Assembly: GCA_035084275.1 (NCBI GenBank)
Contig: CM068749.1
Location: 16,306,001 to 16,370,000, forward strand
Length of the DNA stretch: 64,000 nt
Source: Hydrolagus colliei
Taxonomy: Eukaryota
Direction of reading: 5' to 3'
A model generated the notes under the pieces. That model saw only the letters and a program-made list of their open reading frames with translations, did no database searches and was not told where the DNA came from. Made by a program: the position numbers and the translations under genes. Below, one piece after another: positions 63,800 to 64,000 of the stretch (positions are counted from its first letter, which is position 1; each line of letters opens with the position of its first letter).

Positions 63800-64000
63800 T
63801 ACTCTTCCGCTTTCTTACCTCATCTTCACTTTTATCACATCCAGGCTTCACTGTGCTAACTCTCTGCTGTCTAGTCTTCCCTACCTTTCCCTCCAAAAAA
63901 GATAGATTATTCAGGGCACTGCAACTCATACCCTCTCCCACTCCAGCCTCTATCCTAACCAGCTTATCACACCCACACCCAGTTTCACTGGCTCCCTGTC
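63800..64000 (+). mobile_element. Old L2 ORF2 fragment running off the window
   Basis: LIFTFITSRLHCANSLLSSLP, IIQ, FHWLPV. Confidence 0.75.

Overview
Eukaryotic, AT-rich, repeat-studded vertebrate DNA with no recognisable cellular protein-coding exon; it reads as a gene desert or the inside of a very long intron. The repeat set (tRNA-Ala-headed SINEs with a Deu-type domain and L2-type tail, older SacSINE1/AmnSINE1-like DeuSINEs, L2 and CR1 LINEs, a Penelope-type tail) points to a cartilaginous fish, possibly a holocephalan such as elephant shark; this is an inference from repeat recognition only. The only long real reading frame is the C-terminal part of a young 5'-truncated CR1 reverse transcriptase (23160-24131, minus). 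Three complete non-autonomous DNA transposons with TIRs and TSDs are visible (two Tc1/pogo-type, one hAT-type), plus a truncated Tigger remnant that keeps a Jerky-like transposase N-terminus. Most worth checking: a candidate recursive splice site (polyY-AG|GTAAGT, 25561/25562), a Penelope-type minimal hammerhead ribozyme with one core mutation (43658-43694), the nested Tigger/SINE/MITE cluster (36613-37673), an orphan copy of a SINE 5' leader (10920 vs 12657), a perfect DR2 nuclear-receptor element (56933-56946) and repeat-poor blocks that may be conserved enhancers. I see no evidence of a novel multi-gene system. Boundaries of old repeats are approximate, and family names come from motif recognition, not from a database search.
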